DNA of 64,000 nucleotides from Armatimonadota bacterium (GTDB lineage Bacteria; Armatimonadota; SYMT01): NCBI GenBank assembly GCA_041690135.1, contig JAWLHY010000011.1, positions 1 to 64,000 of the forward strand, read 5' to 3'. Shown piece by piece: positions 1 to 8,919 of this stretch (position 1 is its first letter; each line of letters starts with the position of its first letter). The notes under the pieces were generated by a model. It saw only the letters and a program-made list of their open reading frames with translations, ran no database searches and was not told where the DNA came from. The position numbers and the translations under genes were made by a program.

Positions 1-87
1 GTCCTGGAAGGGAGCGAACTGATGAAACGGGTCTACGCCCATTTTGACTGTCCGGCTCACCCGCGCCTTTCCACGAAGGTCTCTTGA
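1..87 (+). CDS. 3' end of a gene truncated by the window edge (VLEGSELMKRVYAHFDCPAHPRLSTKVS*)
   Basis: Frame 1 is open from base 1 to TGA at 85-87, just before the IS630 left end. Confidence 0.35.
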   Translation, partial: VLEGSELMKRVYAHFDCPAHPRLSTKVS

Positions 88-185
88 GTTTGCACTAGTG
101 CCTTGCTTCATAACTCCGTAACAGATTTGTGGACAATGGCTCCGGATTGTGATTCATAGAGGGGGAATCCCTACGGAGACCCACA

Positions 186-500
186 ATGCCACGCCTGGTG
201 CCCACTACCGTCCCGGAATTCACGGAAGAAGAGTTGGAACTCGCTCGCCAGGTCGCCACGCAGACCTCCGCTCCGCACCGGAACGTCCTCCGCGCCAAAC
301 TGACGCTGGTCCTGGCGGCAGAACCTCTGCTGTCACACCGCGGAGCCGGACAGAAGGCCGGAGTGTCCTTCCATACCGTCCGCAAGTGGCGACGGCGCTG
401 GGCGCGGGAAGGTTGGTCGTTAGAGGATGCTCCGCGTTCCGGTCGCCCACCGGTTTTTTCCCCCTCAGCACGCGATCCTGGTGAAGGCACTGGCCTGTGA
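186..500 (+). CDS. IS630 transposase N-terminal HTH part (orfA)
   Basis: TVRKWRRRW...LEDAPRSGRPPVF motif; T6C5 slippery run at 454-464. Confidence 0.85.
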   Translation: MPRLVPTTVPEFTEEELELARQVATQTSAPHRNVLRAKLTLVLAAEPLLSHRGAGQKAGVSFHTVRKWRRRWAREGWSLEDAPRSGRPPVFSPSARDPGEGTGL

Positions 501-656
501 GCTCCGGGTCGGGGAGATGCCGCTGGGGTCCGGGGCCGCGCCGGGACCTGCCAGTTCCGCCTCCGAAACGGCGCCCCAGGCTCCGGCCACCTCGATTGCC
601 GCCCCCGCCCCGACCTCCCCAAGCCCCCCTCCGGCCCCGCACGCCGGAAGTTCCCC

Positions 657-1532
657 GTGCTGCCGTTGTCCCGCTTCTCGGTGACCGACATTTGCGAGCA
701 ACTGCAAAACCTCGGGATGCCCATGTCCTACAGCACGGTCTGGCGCCTGCTGGATAAGGACGCTCTCCGGCCCTGGCTCCATGAACAGTGGCTCTTCCCA
801 CGCGATCCGCGCCTGTTGGAGAAGGCGGCACCGGTCCTGGAGCTGTACCACCATCGGTGGGAGGGAGCGCCACTCGGCCCGCGAGATTACGTCCTGTGTG
901 CGGACGAGATGACCGGACTGCAAGCCACCTCCCGGATCCACGCGACTTTGCCGGCCGGCCCCGGGCGCCGCCGGCGGTATGAGTTCGAGTATAAACGCCA
1001 CGGCACGCTCTGCTATCTGGCATTCTTGGACGTCTTCACCGGACACGTCTATGGGGAGGCGAACCCCAAAACCGGCATTGAACCCTTTGAGGCGGCGTTA
1101 CGGCGAGTGCTGGCCCAGCGGCGCTACCAGGAGGCAGAGCGCTTGTTCTTGATCGTAGACAACGGTTCCTCGCACCATCCGAACACCTCACCGGCGCGCC
1201 TGCGAGCGCAGTTCCCGAACCTGACGACGGTGCACCTGCCAGTGCACAGCAGTTGGCTCAATCAGATCGAAATCTACTTCTCCATCGTGCATCGCAAGGC
1301 CTTAACCCCCCTGGACTTCGACAGCCTGGAAGCCTTGGAACAACGCCTCAAGTGGTTCGAGTGGCACTACAACCGTTACGCCCAGCCCTTCCGGTGGAAC
1401 TACACGCAGGACAAGCTCGAGCAACTCGTGCAGCGGCTGGAGCACCACGAAACCTGGATGGCCGAATCCCGCGAAGCCCTGCGGGAACGGAAAGCCAGCC
1501 TCGCCACTGCCACCACACCTGTTACGAACTAA
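657..1532 (+). CDS. IS630 transposase DDE domain (orfB)
   Basis: VLCADEMTG, EYKRHGT, LIVDNGSSH and HLPVHSSWLNQIEIYFS motifs of DDE_3 transposases. Confidence 0.92.
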   Translation: MLPLSRFSVTDICEQLQNLGMPMSYSTVWRLLDKDALRPWLHEQWLFPRDPRLLEKAAPVLELYHHRWEGAPLGPRDYVLCADEMTGLQATSRIHATLPAGPGRRRRYEFEYKRHGTLCYLAFLDVFTGHVYGEANPKTGIEPFEAALRRVLAQRRYQEAERLFLIVDNGSSHHPNTSPARLRAQFPNLTTVHLPVHSSWLNQIEIYFSIVHRKALTPLDFDSLEALEQRLKWFEWHYNRYAQPFRWNYTQDKLEQLVQRLEHHETWMAESREALRERKASLATATTPVTN

Positions 1533-1635
1533 CGAATCACGGCACTAGTCGGGAGGTCGCTTATTCCAACGAGTTGAACTTTCGCCTTCGGTTAGCGTCG
1601 TGTGCTGGTCCAGAGCGACCACACCTACGACGACA

Positions 1636-2814
1636 ATGTTTATGCCCCGAGGGGGTAGCAACCGCCTGACGAACACGATCAGCGACGACACGGGACCGCT
1701 CCGCACCGAGACCTACGGCTACGACGAGCTCTCCCGCCTCACCTCCGTCAACTACGGCGACGGCCAGACCCAGACGTATTCCTTCGACACGATGGGGAAC
1801 CGCCTGCAGAAGGCGGATTCCGTCCACGGCACGGAGAACTACACCTATAACGCCGCGAACATGCTCCTGACCCGCGGGGCAAATGCTTACACAAATGATG
1901 TCAATGGCAACACTTTAACGGGGGGAGGGCGGACCAACACCTGGGACGGCCAGAACCGCCTGACCCAATGTGTCTACAACGGCACCACGACCACCCACAC
2001 CTACGGCAGCGACGGCCTGCGGCGGCGGACCGTGGAAGGCGCCACCACCACCGACTACGTGCTGGACGGGCAGGGAGTGGTGCGGACCCTCGTGAACAAC
2101 GTGGTGGACCGGACCTACCTCCACGGCGCGCGCGGTCCCGAATACGAGCGGATCGGGGCCAACGACCCGGTGTGGTACCTCTACGACGGCCTCGGCTCCG
2201 TGCTGGGGACGGTGGACAAAAATGGCACGGTCGTCTCCACGCGGAAGTACGACGTCTACGGCGCAGTCCGGGGGAGCACCGGTCCGTCCGGGACGAAGCA
2301 CAAGTTCGTGGGCAGCCTCGGGCATCCAAGCGAGGATGAGACCGGGCTGGTTTACATGCGGGCTCGGTATATGGATCCAGTGACGGGGAGGTTTCTGAGC
2401 GAGGATCCAGCAGCAGATGGTAACAACTGGTATATTTACTGCAGGAACTCACCAGTTATATTGTCAGATCCTTCAGGTCTTGCACCGTGGGTGCGCATAC
2501 CTGGATCACAGTGGGAGATCAGGATAGAACATGATCAGGGCGACAATACGGATCATGTTCATTGGCGACCTCGCGGAGGCGCGGACCAAGGGGCTTTCTT
2601 TAAGAATGGTCATTGGAAGCATAATTATGGTAAGCTCCCGCCGAACGCCGTGAAAAAACACATGAAAGGGAAAGGCTGGAGCGTACCAATGGGTCTTTCG
2701 ACAGTGCAAGCACATTTTGAAGCTGACCCGCTCGATTTCTTTGCAATCCTCCTCGATGCTGCAGGTGAGCACGATCTGGCCCTCAAACTTGACTACATAA
2801 ACGGCTCGTACTGA
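1636..2814 (+). CDS. Orphan Rhs cassette 1: YD repeats, Rhs-associated core and C-terminal toxin with an HxH motif
   Basis: YD repeats; YMRARYMDPVTGRFLSEDP...DPSG core end; lower-GC C-terminus (IRIEHDQGDNTDHVHW); ATG at 1636 is put in frame by a 19-bp insert. Confidence 0.88.
   Translation: MFMPRGGSNRLTNTISDDTGPLRTETYGYDELSRLTSVNYGDGQTQTYSFDTMGNRLQKADSVHGTENYTYNAANMLLTRGANAYTNDVNGNTLTGGGRTNTWDGQNRLTQCVYNGTTTTHTYGSDGLRRRTVEGATTTDYVLDGQGVVRTLVNNVVDRTYLHGARGPEYERIGANDPVWYLYDGLGSVLGTVDKNGTVVSTRKYDVYGAVRGSTGPSGTKHKFVGSLGHPSEDETGLVYMRARYMDPVTGRFLSEDPAADGNNWYIYCRNSPVILSDPSGLAPWVRIPGSQWEIRIEHDQGDNTDHVHWRPRGGADQGAFFKNGHWKHNYGKLPPNAVKKHMKGKGWSVPMGLSTVQAHFEADPLDFFAILLDAAGEHDLALKLDYINGSY
1639..1657. repeat. 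19-bp hairpin insert, copy 1 (TTTATGCCCCGAGGGGGTA)
   Basis: Removing it restores tac gac gac aat ggc aac cgc ctg = YDDNGNRL. Confidence 0.85.
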
Positions 2815-2955
2815 GCACAGCCAGGAGCGCAACCTTTAATCGAACGTTCATATGCTGCGGGCTGATTACTCTTCGGTGGATGTTAAAGGCATAATCTAGC
2901 CCAGCCGTGAAATCCGAGTGCATATCCTGGACGAAATGAGGGTTGATATTCTGGC

Positions 2956-3768
2956 TTGATTCAGGATCAAACGAACGAGAGGCCCATGATGGAAATGCAG
3001 TTTGTTCCCTCGGGTAATTGCACTATCGGCGTAGACTCCGACGAGAAACTGATTGATCCAAATTATCAGCTTGACGATGCCTTGGCTAGTTCTCGTCCGA
3101 AGCTTACGGTGTTCGTCAAGGAGTTTTATATAGCGAAGTATCCTGTAACGAACTCCGAATACTGCGATTTCGTTATTGATACAGGCTATCCAGTGCCACA
3201 TATAGACGATCCAGATGATCCGCTAACTGCGTATTCGTGGGACCCCGTTCGACGCACTTTCCCACCAGATACTGATGACCGGCCCGTTGTACTTGTTAGT
3301 TGGTATGATGCACTCGCGTATTGTGAGTGGGCTGGCGTGCGTCTGCCGACGGAGTGGGAGTGGGAGCGGGCTGCTCGAGGAGACGATAGTCGCCCGTATC
3401 CCTGGGGTGATGCGATGGAAACACATGCCTATTGCCATCACTACCGCGATTCGGAGATAGCTCCCAACGAACTGGCGTCGGACATGAGGCCTGTCGACGC
3501 CTTCGTCAATGGCTCAAGTCCCTTCGGGTGTTTAGACATGTTGGGAAATGTTGAAGAGTGGTGTTCGGATTGGTTTGATGCAAAACGGTATGAGCGAGAT
3601 ACTTCCGCGCTTCATCTGAGAATTGACTCGCCCGTAGAAGAGAGGGCACGAGTGGTTAGAGGTTGTGGGCGATTCATGGCGGAAGTTCATATTGCGGTGC
3701 GCCAGGCAGAGTACCCGTGGAGTCGCAATCGCGGAGTGGGGTTCCGTTGCGCGAAGGACATGTCGTAG
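2956..3768 (+). CDS. FGE-sulfatase/SUMF1-like domain protein, candidate immunity protein
   Basis: FYIAKYPVTNSEY, PVVLVSWYDALAYCEWAGVRLPTEWEWERAARG, DMLGNVEEW, GFRC; lacks the FGE catalytic Cys pair; directly follows the Rhs toxin. Confidence 0.85.
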   Translation: MIQDQTNERPMMEMQFVPSGNCTIGVDSDEKLIDPNYQLDDALASSRPKLTVFVKEFYIAKYPVTNSEYCDFVIDTGYPVPHIDDPDDPLTAYSWDPVRRTFPPDTDDRPVVLVSWYDALAYCEWAGVRLPTEWEWERAARGDDSRPYPWGDAMETHAYCHHYRDSEIAPNELASDMRPVDAFVNGSSPFGCLDMLGNVEEWCSDWFDAKRYERDTSALHLRIDSPVEERARVVRGCGRFMAEVHIAVRQAEYPWSRNRGVGFRCAKDMS

Positions 3769-4132
3769 GTAAACTTACAGGAAAAAGGTAGTCCAGATCT
3801 ATACCGGCGAACTGGCCACACGGTGAACCAACGACACCATCCCGGCCGGCTTAAACGATGTCGTCCACCGCTTCGGCCTCCGTGAGTAAGACGAAGAATT
3901 CTCGCGCGAAGACGCAAAGCTGCGAAGACTCGCCACGGTAGATGATGTTCGGTGAACAAATCTTTCTGTAGTGGCGGCAGCCGTTCCGGTAAAGGAGCGG
4001 ATCACTTCTTGACATTTCCATAGAGCGCAATCTCATGAAATACTGGGTGTTCCCGTAGTCCGCCGGACCCGACCTTTGCCCATTGGTAGAGCCAGGTGTA
4101 GATACAGAGCGCCTACACCTACAATGACAGTG

Positions 4133-4151
4133 TTTCTGCCCCGCGGGGATA
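4133..4151. repeat. 19-bp hairpin insert, copy 2 (TTTCTGCCCCGCGGGGATA), followed by a 7-bp duplication AGCCGCC (4154-4167)
   Basis: Removing the insert and one AGCCGCC restores YNDSGSRLTNTISD, homologous to cassette 1. Confidence 0.8.
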
Positions 4152-4292
4152 GGAGCCGCCAGCCGCCTGACGAACACCATCAGCGACAACACGGGCCCCC
4201 TCCGCACCGAGACCTACGGCTATGACGAGCTCTCCCGCCTCACCTCCGTCAACTACGGCGACGGCCAGACCCAGTCGTATTCCTTCGACCCG

Positions 4293-5366
4293 ATGGGCAA
4301 CCGCCTCCAGAAGGCGGATTCCGTCCACGGCACGGAGAACTACACCTACAACGCCGCGAATATGCTGTTGACGCGGGGGATTCACAGTTACACCAACGAC
4401 AGTAACGGGAATACGCTCACCGGCGGCGGGCGGACCAACACCTGGGACGGCCAGAACCGCCTGACCCAATGTATCTACAACGGCACCACGACCACGCACA
4501 CCTACGGCAGCGACGGCCTGCGCCGCCGCACCGTGGAAGGCGCGACCACCACGGACTACGTGCTGGACGGGCAGGGGGTCGTGCGGACGCTGGTCAACAA
4601 CGTGGTGGACCGGACCTACCTCCACGGCGCGCGGGGACCGGAGTACGAGCGAATCGGGGCGAACGACCCGGTGTGGTACCTCTACGACGGACTCGGCTCC
4701 GTGCTGGGAACCGTGGACAAGAACGGCAACGTCGTCTCCACGCGGAAGTATGATGTCTACGGCGCGGTCCGGGGCAGCACCGGCCCATCCGGGACGAAGC
4801 ACAAGTTCGTCGGCCAGTTGGGACATCCGAGCGAGGATGAGACTGGTCTGGTCTACATGCGGGCTCGGTACTACGATCCGGTGACGGGGAGGTTTGTTCG
4901 CGAAGATCCAGCTCACCATGGCTCCAACTGGTATGTATATGCAGGTGGGAACCCTACTAATTTCATAGATGCGGATGGTCGAAAGTTCAGTCTCGGGGGC
5001 TGCCTTATGACACTCGGTGCATTCCTTTGCATGAGAGCTCTCGACATGCTCGTTGGCGCGCTTGCAGGAATGATTAGCGCATACGTTGATGCGAAAGTTT
5101 GGACCAATGGTCCACCCACCGGGATGGCCGTAGCAATAGGTGCATCAGGTGGCGCTAGTGCAGGTCTTTGGTTTGGGTCAGCGGGCAGCATTGCGAAGGT
5201 ACTCGTCTCACTTTGCGGTGTTCCTGCTGCACAGGGTTTGGGCATTGGCATTTTGGGTCTGGTCATTCACAACAAGAGGACTGAGCAGTTTCTTGAAGAA
5301 ACTGAACAATATATTTCAGGATCTAGCACTGACTTTTACATCCATGACGAGGGTGCGATCAGGTGA
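4293..5366 (+). CDS. Orphan Rhs cassette 2 with a hydrophobic Gly/Ala-rich C-terminus (possible membrane-acting toxin); Rhs homology extends back to about 4102
   Basis: Core nearly identical to cassette 1; RARYYDPVTGRFVREDP...DADG; C-terminus with several hydrophobic Gly-rich segments. Confidence 0.88.
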   Translation: MGNRLQKADSVHGTENYTYNAANMLLTRGIHSYTNDSNGNTLTGGGRTNTWDGQNRLTQCIYNGTTTTHTYGSDGLRRRTVEGATTTDYVLDGQGVVRTLVNNVVDRTYLHGARGPEYERIGANDPVWYLYDGLGSVLGTVDKNGNVVSTRKYDVYGAVRGSTGPSGTKHKFVGQLGHPSEDETGLVYMRARYYDPVTGRFVREDPAHHGSNWYVYAGGNPTNFIDADGRKFSLGGCLMTLGAFLCMRALDMLVGALAGMISAYVDAKVWTNGPPTGMAVAIGASGGASAGLWFGSAGSIAKVLVSLCGVPAAQGLGIGILGLVIHNKRTEQFLEETEQYISGSSTDFYIHDEGAIR

Positions 5367-5785
5367 AATATCCTTCGCTTTGCTACCATCGGAGCCCTGA
5401 CTTGGCCGTACATATGCCGCAGCGATCGTTCTATGCAAAGGAATCGAGTTGGCAGTCGTGAAGGTAAATGGCGTCAGTGATTGGCTTGTGTGCTGGCCCC
5501 GCGCTAGTTGGTGGAACGCACTGGTGCGTGGACCGTCCGATTCCGGCGCCTCGCGCAGGGCTACGAGACCTGGAGAGGGTCCTGGAAAATGTCCATTCCG
5601 TAACCTACGGTATGCTTGTGCTTCAGCATTTGATTTCTCGTTTATCCAGGAATTCCCAACATATTGGGCGCTTTTCTGGATTAGCGAGCAATCTTGGCCC
5701 ACAAAACCGAGAATCGGCGCGTTCATCTTTTAGTTGCTTAATTTTGTATAACGGGAAGCCAAGTATGATCAGTGATTCTATTTAA
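5363..5785 (+). pseudogene. Possible degraded immunity gene of Rhs cassette 2
   Basis: Lower-GC DNA with a GTG overlapping the Rhs stop; only short broken ORFs in several frames. Confidence 0.25.
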
Positions 5786-5926
5786 AGGGAGCAGAAGTAT
5801 TAATCCATGCGGAGCTTGCCAACTGAAAGCGCCGAAAGCCCAGTCAATGAGAGTTTTGCTTCTTCGATCATCAAGCCTGCTTGGAAAAGCAGATAGATCA
5901 CCAGAGTCTACACATCGGGAATCTTA

Positions 5927-6175
5927 ATGACTATAGATTATCTTTGGCTAATTTCGATGATTTGCGGTGCAATGCTCGGAGCTATGGTAGTACGCCGCTC
6001 CAGGAAAGTATATAGTGCCTTGTTGTCACTGCTTTTGTGTGTAATGTCAGTTATAATTTTAGCATCTATATCGGAAAAGGCTGAAGTCCATCTTGTTGCG
6101 CGTGGTGCAATAGCGGGGATATGTTTTAGTTTCCTGAAACTTGTGGATTTCAAAGATAAAGTAAGAACTGAGTGA
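5927..6175 (+). CDS. Small membrane protein (about 3 TM), candidate immunity protein
   Basis: 82 aa, three hydrophobic segments, AT-rich, inside the toxin array. Confidence 0.55.
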   Translation: MTIDYLWLISMICGAMLGAMVVRRSRKVYSALLSLLLCVMSVIILASISEKAEVHLVARGAIAGICFSFLKLVDFKDKVRTE

Positions 6176-6260
6176 TTATTAAATCGGACTACGTGGTGCG
6201 ATATAAGCGTCATGGAATTTAGCTTCTCCTAACGAAGTAAGAGATAGAGAAAAGGTGGTA

Positions 6261-6428
6261 AGAGCCTATCCGAGAAGGCCAGCCTGCTTGAGGGTGATGT
6301 TGACACACGCCAGTTGCACGAGGCCCAGGAAGCTGTCTTCGCCCTTCTGCCACCGAATTAACAGGGCTCGGAATCGGTTCATCCACCTGTGCGTGCGCTC
6401 TACCACCCAGCGCCGCAGACCGGATACC
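6261..6428 (-). mobile_element. IS5-family remnant (transposase C-terminus and right end)
   Basis: RRWVVERTHRWMNRFRALLIRW...LVQLAC motif; end sequence AGAGCCTATCCGAG next to TA; abuts Rhs cassette 3 sequence at about 6429. Confidence 0.8.
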
Positions 6429-6475
6429 GAATATGCTCCTGACCCGGGGCGCCCACGCGTACACAAACGACACGA

Positions 6476-7423
6476 ATGCTTGTGCCCCGAGGGGGTAGCA
6501 ACACGTTAACGGGTGGGGGCCGCACCAACACCTGGGACGGCCAGAACCGCTTGACCCAGTGCGTGTTCAACGGCACCACCACCACCCACACCTACGGCAG
6601 CGACGGTCTCCGCCGCCGCACCGTGGAAGGCGCCACCACCACGGACTACGTGCTGGATGGAACAAGTGTGGTGCGGACCGTGGTCAACAACGGGGTGGAC
6701 CGGACCTACCTCCACGGTGCCCGTGGCCCGGAGTACGAGCGGATCGGGGCCAACGACCCAGTGTGGTACCTCTACGACGGCCTCGGCTCCGTGCTGGGCA
6801 CCGTAGATAAAAACGGTTCCGTCGTCTCCACGCGGAAGTACGACGTGTACGGCGCGGTGCGGGGCAGCACGGGGCCGTCCGGGACGAAGCACAAGTTCGT
6901 GGGCAGCCTGGGTCACCCGAGCGAGGACGATACCGGGCTCGTGTACATGCGGGCGCGGTGGATGGACCCGGTGTCGGGGAGGTTCGTGAGCGAAGATCCG
7001 GCGCTGGATGGGAGCAATTGGTTCGCATACTGTGATTCCAATCCCACTAATTCCCGGGATCCAAATGGCCTTCAAACAGTAACCGAGACATCCATAAGTA
7101 CAGGCAATGGCGGAGTGGTTTCGGGAAATGGTGCTTCTTCTGCTTTCCAAGCCCTGGACCGTGCCAGGAATTTGATCCAGGAAGTCGGTGATCTTACTGA
7201 GCTCATTGTAGAGCTTACTCTGGAGTTTGATCGAGTCGGAGCTCCCGACGTGCTACTGGATGCTGTAACTAAAGATACCCAACCTGGAGGCCAATGGAAG
7301 AAAGTATACTTCAATTTTTATCTTCAAGATGGTAGGCTCTTGCGAGTTCATACTTTAAGCAAGCTTACTAGAAATAAGATTACCGCCTTATATGGCGCAG
7401 CAAAATGTGAGTGGGTATACTAA
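6476..7423 (+). CDS. Orphan Rhs cassette 3 with a distinct C-terminal toxin domain
   Basis: Same core; RARWMDPVSGRFVSEDP...DPNG; unique C-terminus (GGQWKKVYF...RVHT); ATG placed in frame by the 19-bp insert. Confidence 0.88.
   Translation: MLVPRGGSNTLTGGGRTNTWDGQNRLTQCVFNGTTTTHTYGSDGLRRRTVEGATTTDYVLDGTSVVRTVVNNGVDRTYLHGARGPEYERIGANDPVWYLYDGLGSVLGTVDKNGSVVSTRKYDVYGAVRGSTGPSGTKHKFVGSLGHPSEDDTGLVYMRARWMDPVSGRFVSEDPALDGSNWFAYCDSNPTNSRDPNGLQTVTETSISTGNGGVVSGNGASSAFQALDRARNLIQEVGDLTELIVELTLEFDRVGAPDVLLDAVTKDTQPGGQWKKVYFNFYLQDGRLLRVHTLSKLTRNKITALYGAAKCEWVY
6479..6497. repeat. 19-bp hairpin insert, copy 3 (CTTGTGCCCCGAGGGGGTA)
   Basis: Removing it restores aac gac acg aat ggc aac acg tta = NDTNGNTL, matching the uninterrupted site at 1903-1911 in cassette 1. 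Confidence 0.85.
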
Positions 7424-8013
7424 TGGGGCCTTTGCATCCCTCGAGCTACGAATTTCGCGTGAGTGAGGAGTCCAGTTCCTCATTGACGATAGGCTACCCC
7501 ATCCCTTGGCATGTCGTTATGGGTGCTCTGTCCATTAGTCGTTTACCAGATGCTCTGCCTGTCGACGCAGAAAGGAGTGAGCTTACCGAAATCCAAGATG
7601 CTATGATCAGGCCAACCTACCGGGCAATTGGAAGGGTATTAAGCCAGACCCCGTACTCACCACAGGCGATTATCATCGACGTGTCCGATGACAATGAGTT
7701 GGTGATCCCTGTCGTCGTGTGGCAAGACTTGAAGTTCAATTTCGGAGATAGTCAGTTTGATCCTGGATCTCGAATATGTGCTGTGGGACATGTCGCAGTT
7801 AGTACGTATGAAGGTTATTCGGCGGCGGTGTCCGCTCAGGTGCGCCTGGTTCCTCGCGAGTTCTTTCTGCTTGATATAGTGCCAACTTCACTCACATTTG
7901 GAAAGCGCATCCCACGGAGGCTGGGTGATCGATTGCCACATGATCCGGATACGCTGGCATTCCCTAGTTTAATTGGTCGATTCGATCTACGTCTAGAAAA
8001 CTCGACCCGATGA
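7423..8013 (+). CDS. Hypothetical protein, candidate immunity protein for Rhs cassette 3
   Basis: ATG overlaps the Rhs stop (TAATG); lower GC; about 196 aa. Confidence 0.65.
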   Translation: MGPLHPSSYEFRVSEESSSSLTIGYPIPWHVVMGALSISRLPDALPVDAERSELTEIQDAMIRPTYRAIGRVLSQTPYSPQAIIIDVSDDNELVIPVVVWQDLKFNFGDSQFDPGSRICAVGHVAVSTYEGYSAAVSAQVRLVPREFFLLDIVPTSLTFGKRIPRRLGDRLPHDPDTLAFPSLIGRFDLRLENSTR

Positions 8014-8606
8014 TCGTCAATGCGGGAGTAAGTCCCGATACAGTAGGACACTTAGTCCAAAACAAGGTGTCAGCAGTTGAATTTCAATTCGCAGCCTGGA
8101 GAAAGCACCGCAGCGTGACCGGACCCGCTGTAAGAGACGATGTACCGGTGAAGCTTCGGGGGCGCTGCGCTGATGGTCTGATTCTCGAGACGGAGTGGAA
8201 AGATAGGCTGGTCAGTTGCTCGGACTTCCTCTTCCCATGCACCTATCTCATCACCGGTACCCTCCTCGGGGCACCGAACCTGCTAAGGGTAGTACCGTTC
8301 GATCGATTGCAATCCACTCATGAGGTACCGCTTGCTCGCCCTATGCTTGCTGGTTTCGGCAACCTGCTAATCGGTGGACCCACCGGGAATGGTTTGCAGA
8401 CATGTGTGAATGTGCTGTCGCTCAGTGCGCTTGACCTTCGCCCGACCTCGCCATCGGTCGGCAAGCTAATTGCATATGATGATCAGATTCATCATGCACT
8501 TTGCCAGGTCACAAATAGCCGCTATGATCCCGAGTATCCTGTTTTCTTTGCTACGCTGGAGATACCTGGCCAAGAACTGAATGTCAGGCTAATTGACAGA
8601 TGCTAG
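8010..8606 (+). CDS. Hypothetical protein, translationally coupled (ATGA overlap)
   Basis: 198-aa ORF overlapping the previous stop by 4 nt. Confidence 0.55.
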   Translation: MIVNAGVSPDTVGHLVQNKVSAVEFQFAAWRKHRSVTGPAVRDDVPVKLRGRCADGLILETEWKDRLVSCSDFLFPCTYLITGTLLGAPNLLRVVPFDRLQSTHEVPLARPMLAGFGNLLIGGPTGNGLQTCVNVLSLSALDLRPTSPSVGKLIAYDDQIHHALCQVTNSRYDPEYPVFFATLEIPGQELNVRLIDRC

Positions 8607-8659
8607 TGTCCTGATCGGAAATTGAAGTGGCACCAGGAGTGAGATGTGGGCTGCGATGC

Positions 8660-8840
8660 TAGCCGCTGACCGGACGGAAGCTATGGAAATGCCATATGTC
8701 GAGCGGATGCAGTCGGTCGTCGGGACTGCGCGCCTGCGTGAGGTGAAAGTGCTGGAGTATCTGGTCGCAGTCATCCGCGCCGATCACGCGGGGCAGACCG
8801 CGCCCGATCTACCGCTGACCTCACCCCCCTGAACGGTTAC
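8660..8840 (+). mobile_element. IS66-family remnant (TnpC C-terminus and right IR)
   Basis: ERMQSVVGTARLREVKVLEYL...AGQTAPDL resembles the IS66 TnpC end; terminal CCCCCTGAACGGTTAC (reverse complement GTAACCGTTCA, IS66-type end). Confidence 0.7.
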
Positions 8841-8919
8841 TACCCCAGCTGACTCGCGATTCAAGGATGGAGGCGGTGGGTCGGGCGATGGGTATATACA
8901 GCTTCAGGTCCGAGATTGT

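Larger units (their letters stand above)
95..1548 (+). mobile_element. IS630-family insertion sequence
   Basis: Imperfect terminal inverted repeats CTAGTGCCTTGCTTCATAACTCCGTAACAG (from 95) and CTGTTACGAACTAACGAATCACGGCACTAG (to 1548), both ending in CTAG/TA; encloses HTH and DDE ORFs. Confidence 0.9.

Noticed and set aside
2956-3768. DGR target (FGE-type C-lectin fold)
   Set aside because: No template repeat with adenine-specific mismatches and no reverse transcriptase in the window
3769-4100. Additional gene between the FGE gene and Rhs cassette 2
   Set aside because: Only short broken frames and a CGCGAAGACGCAAAG repeat fragment; no supportable product
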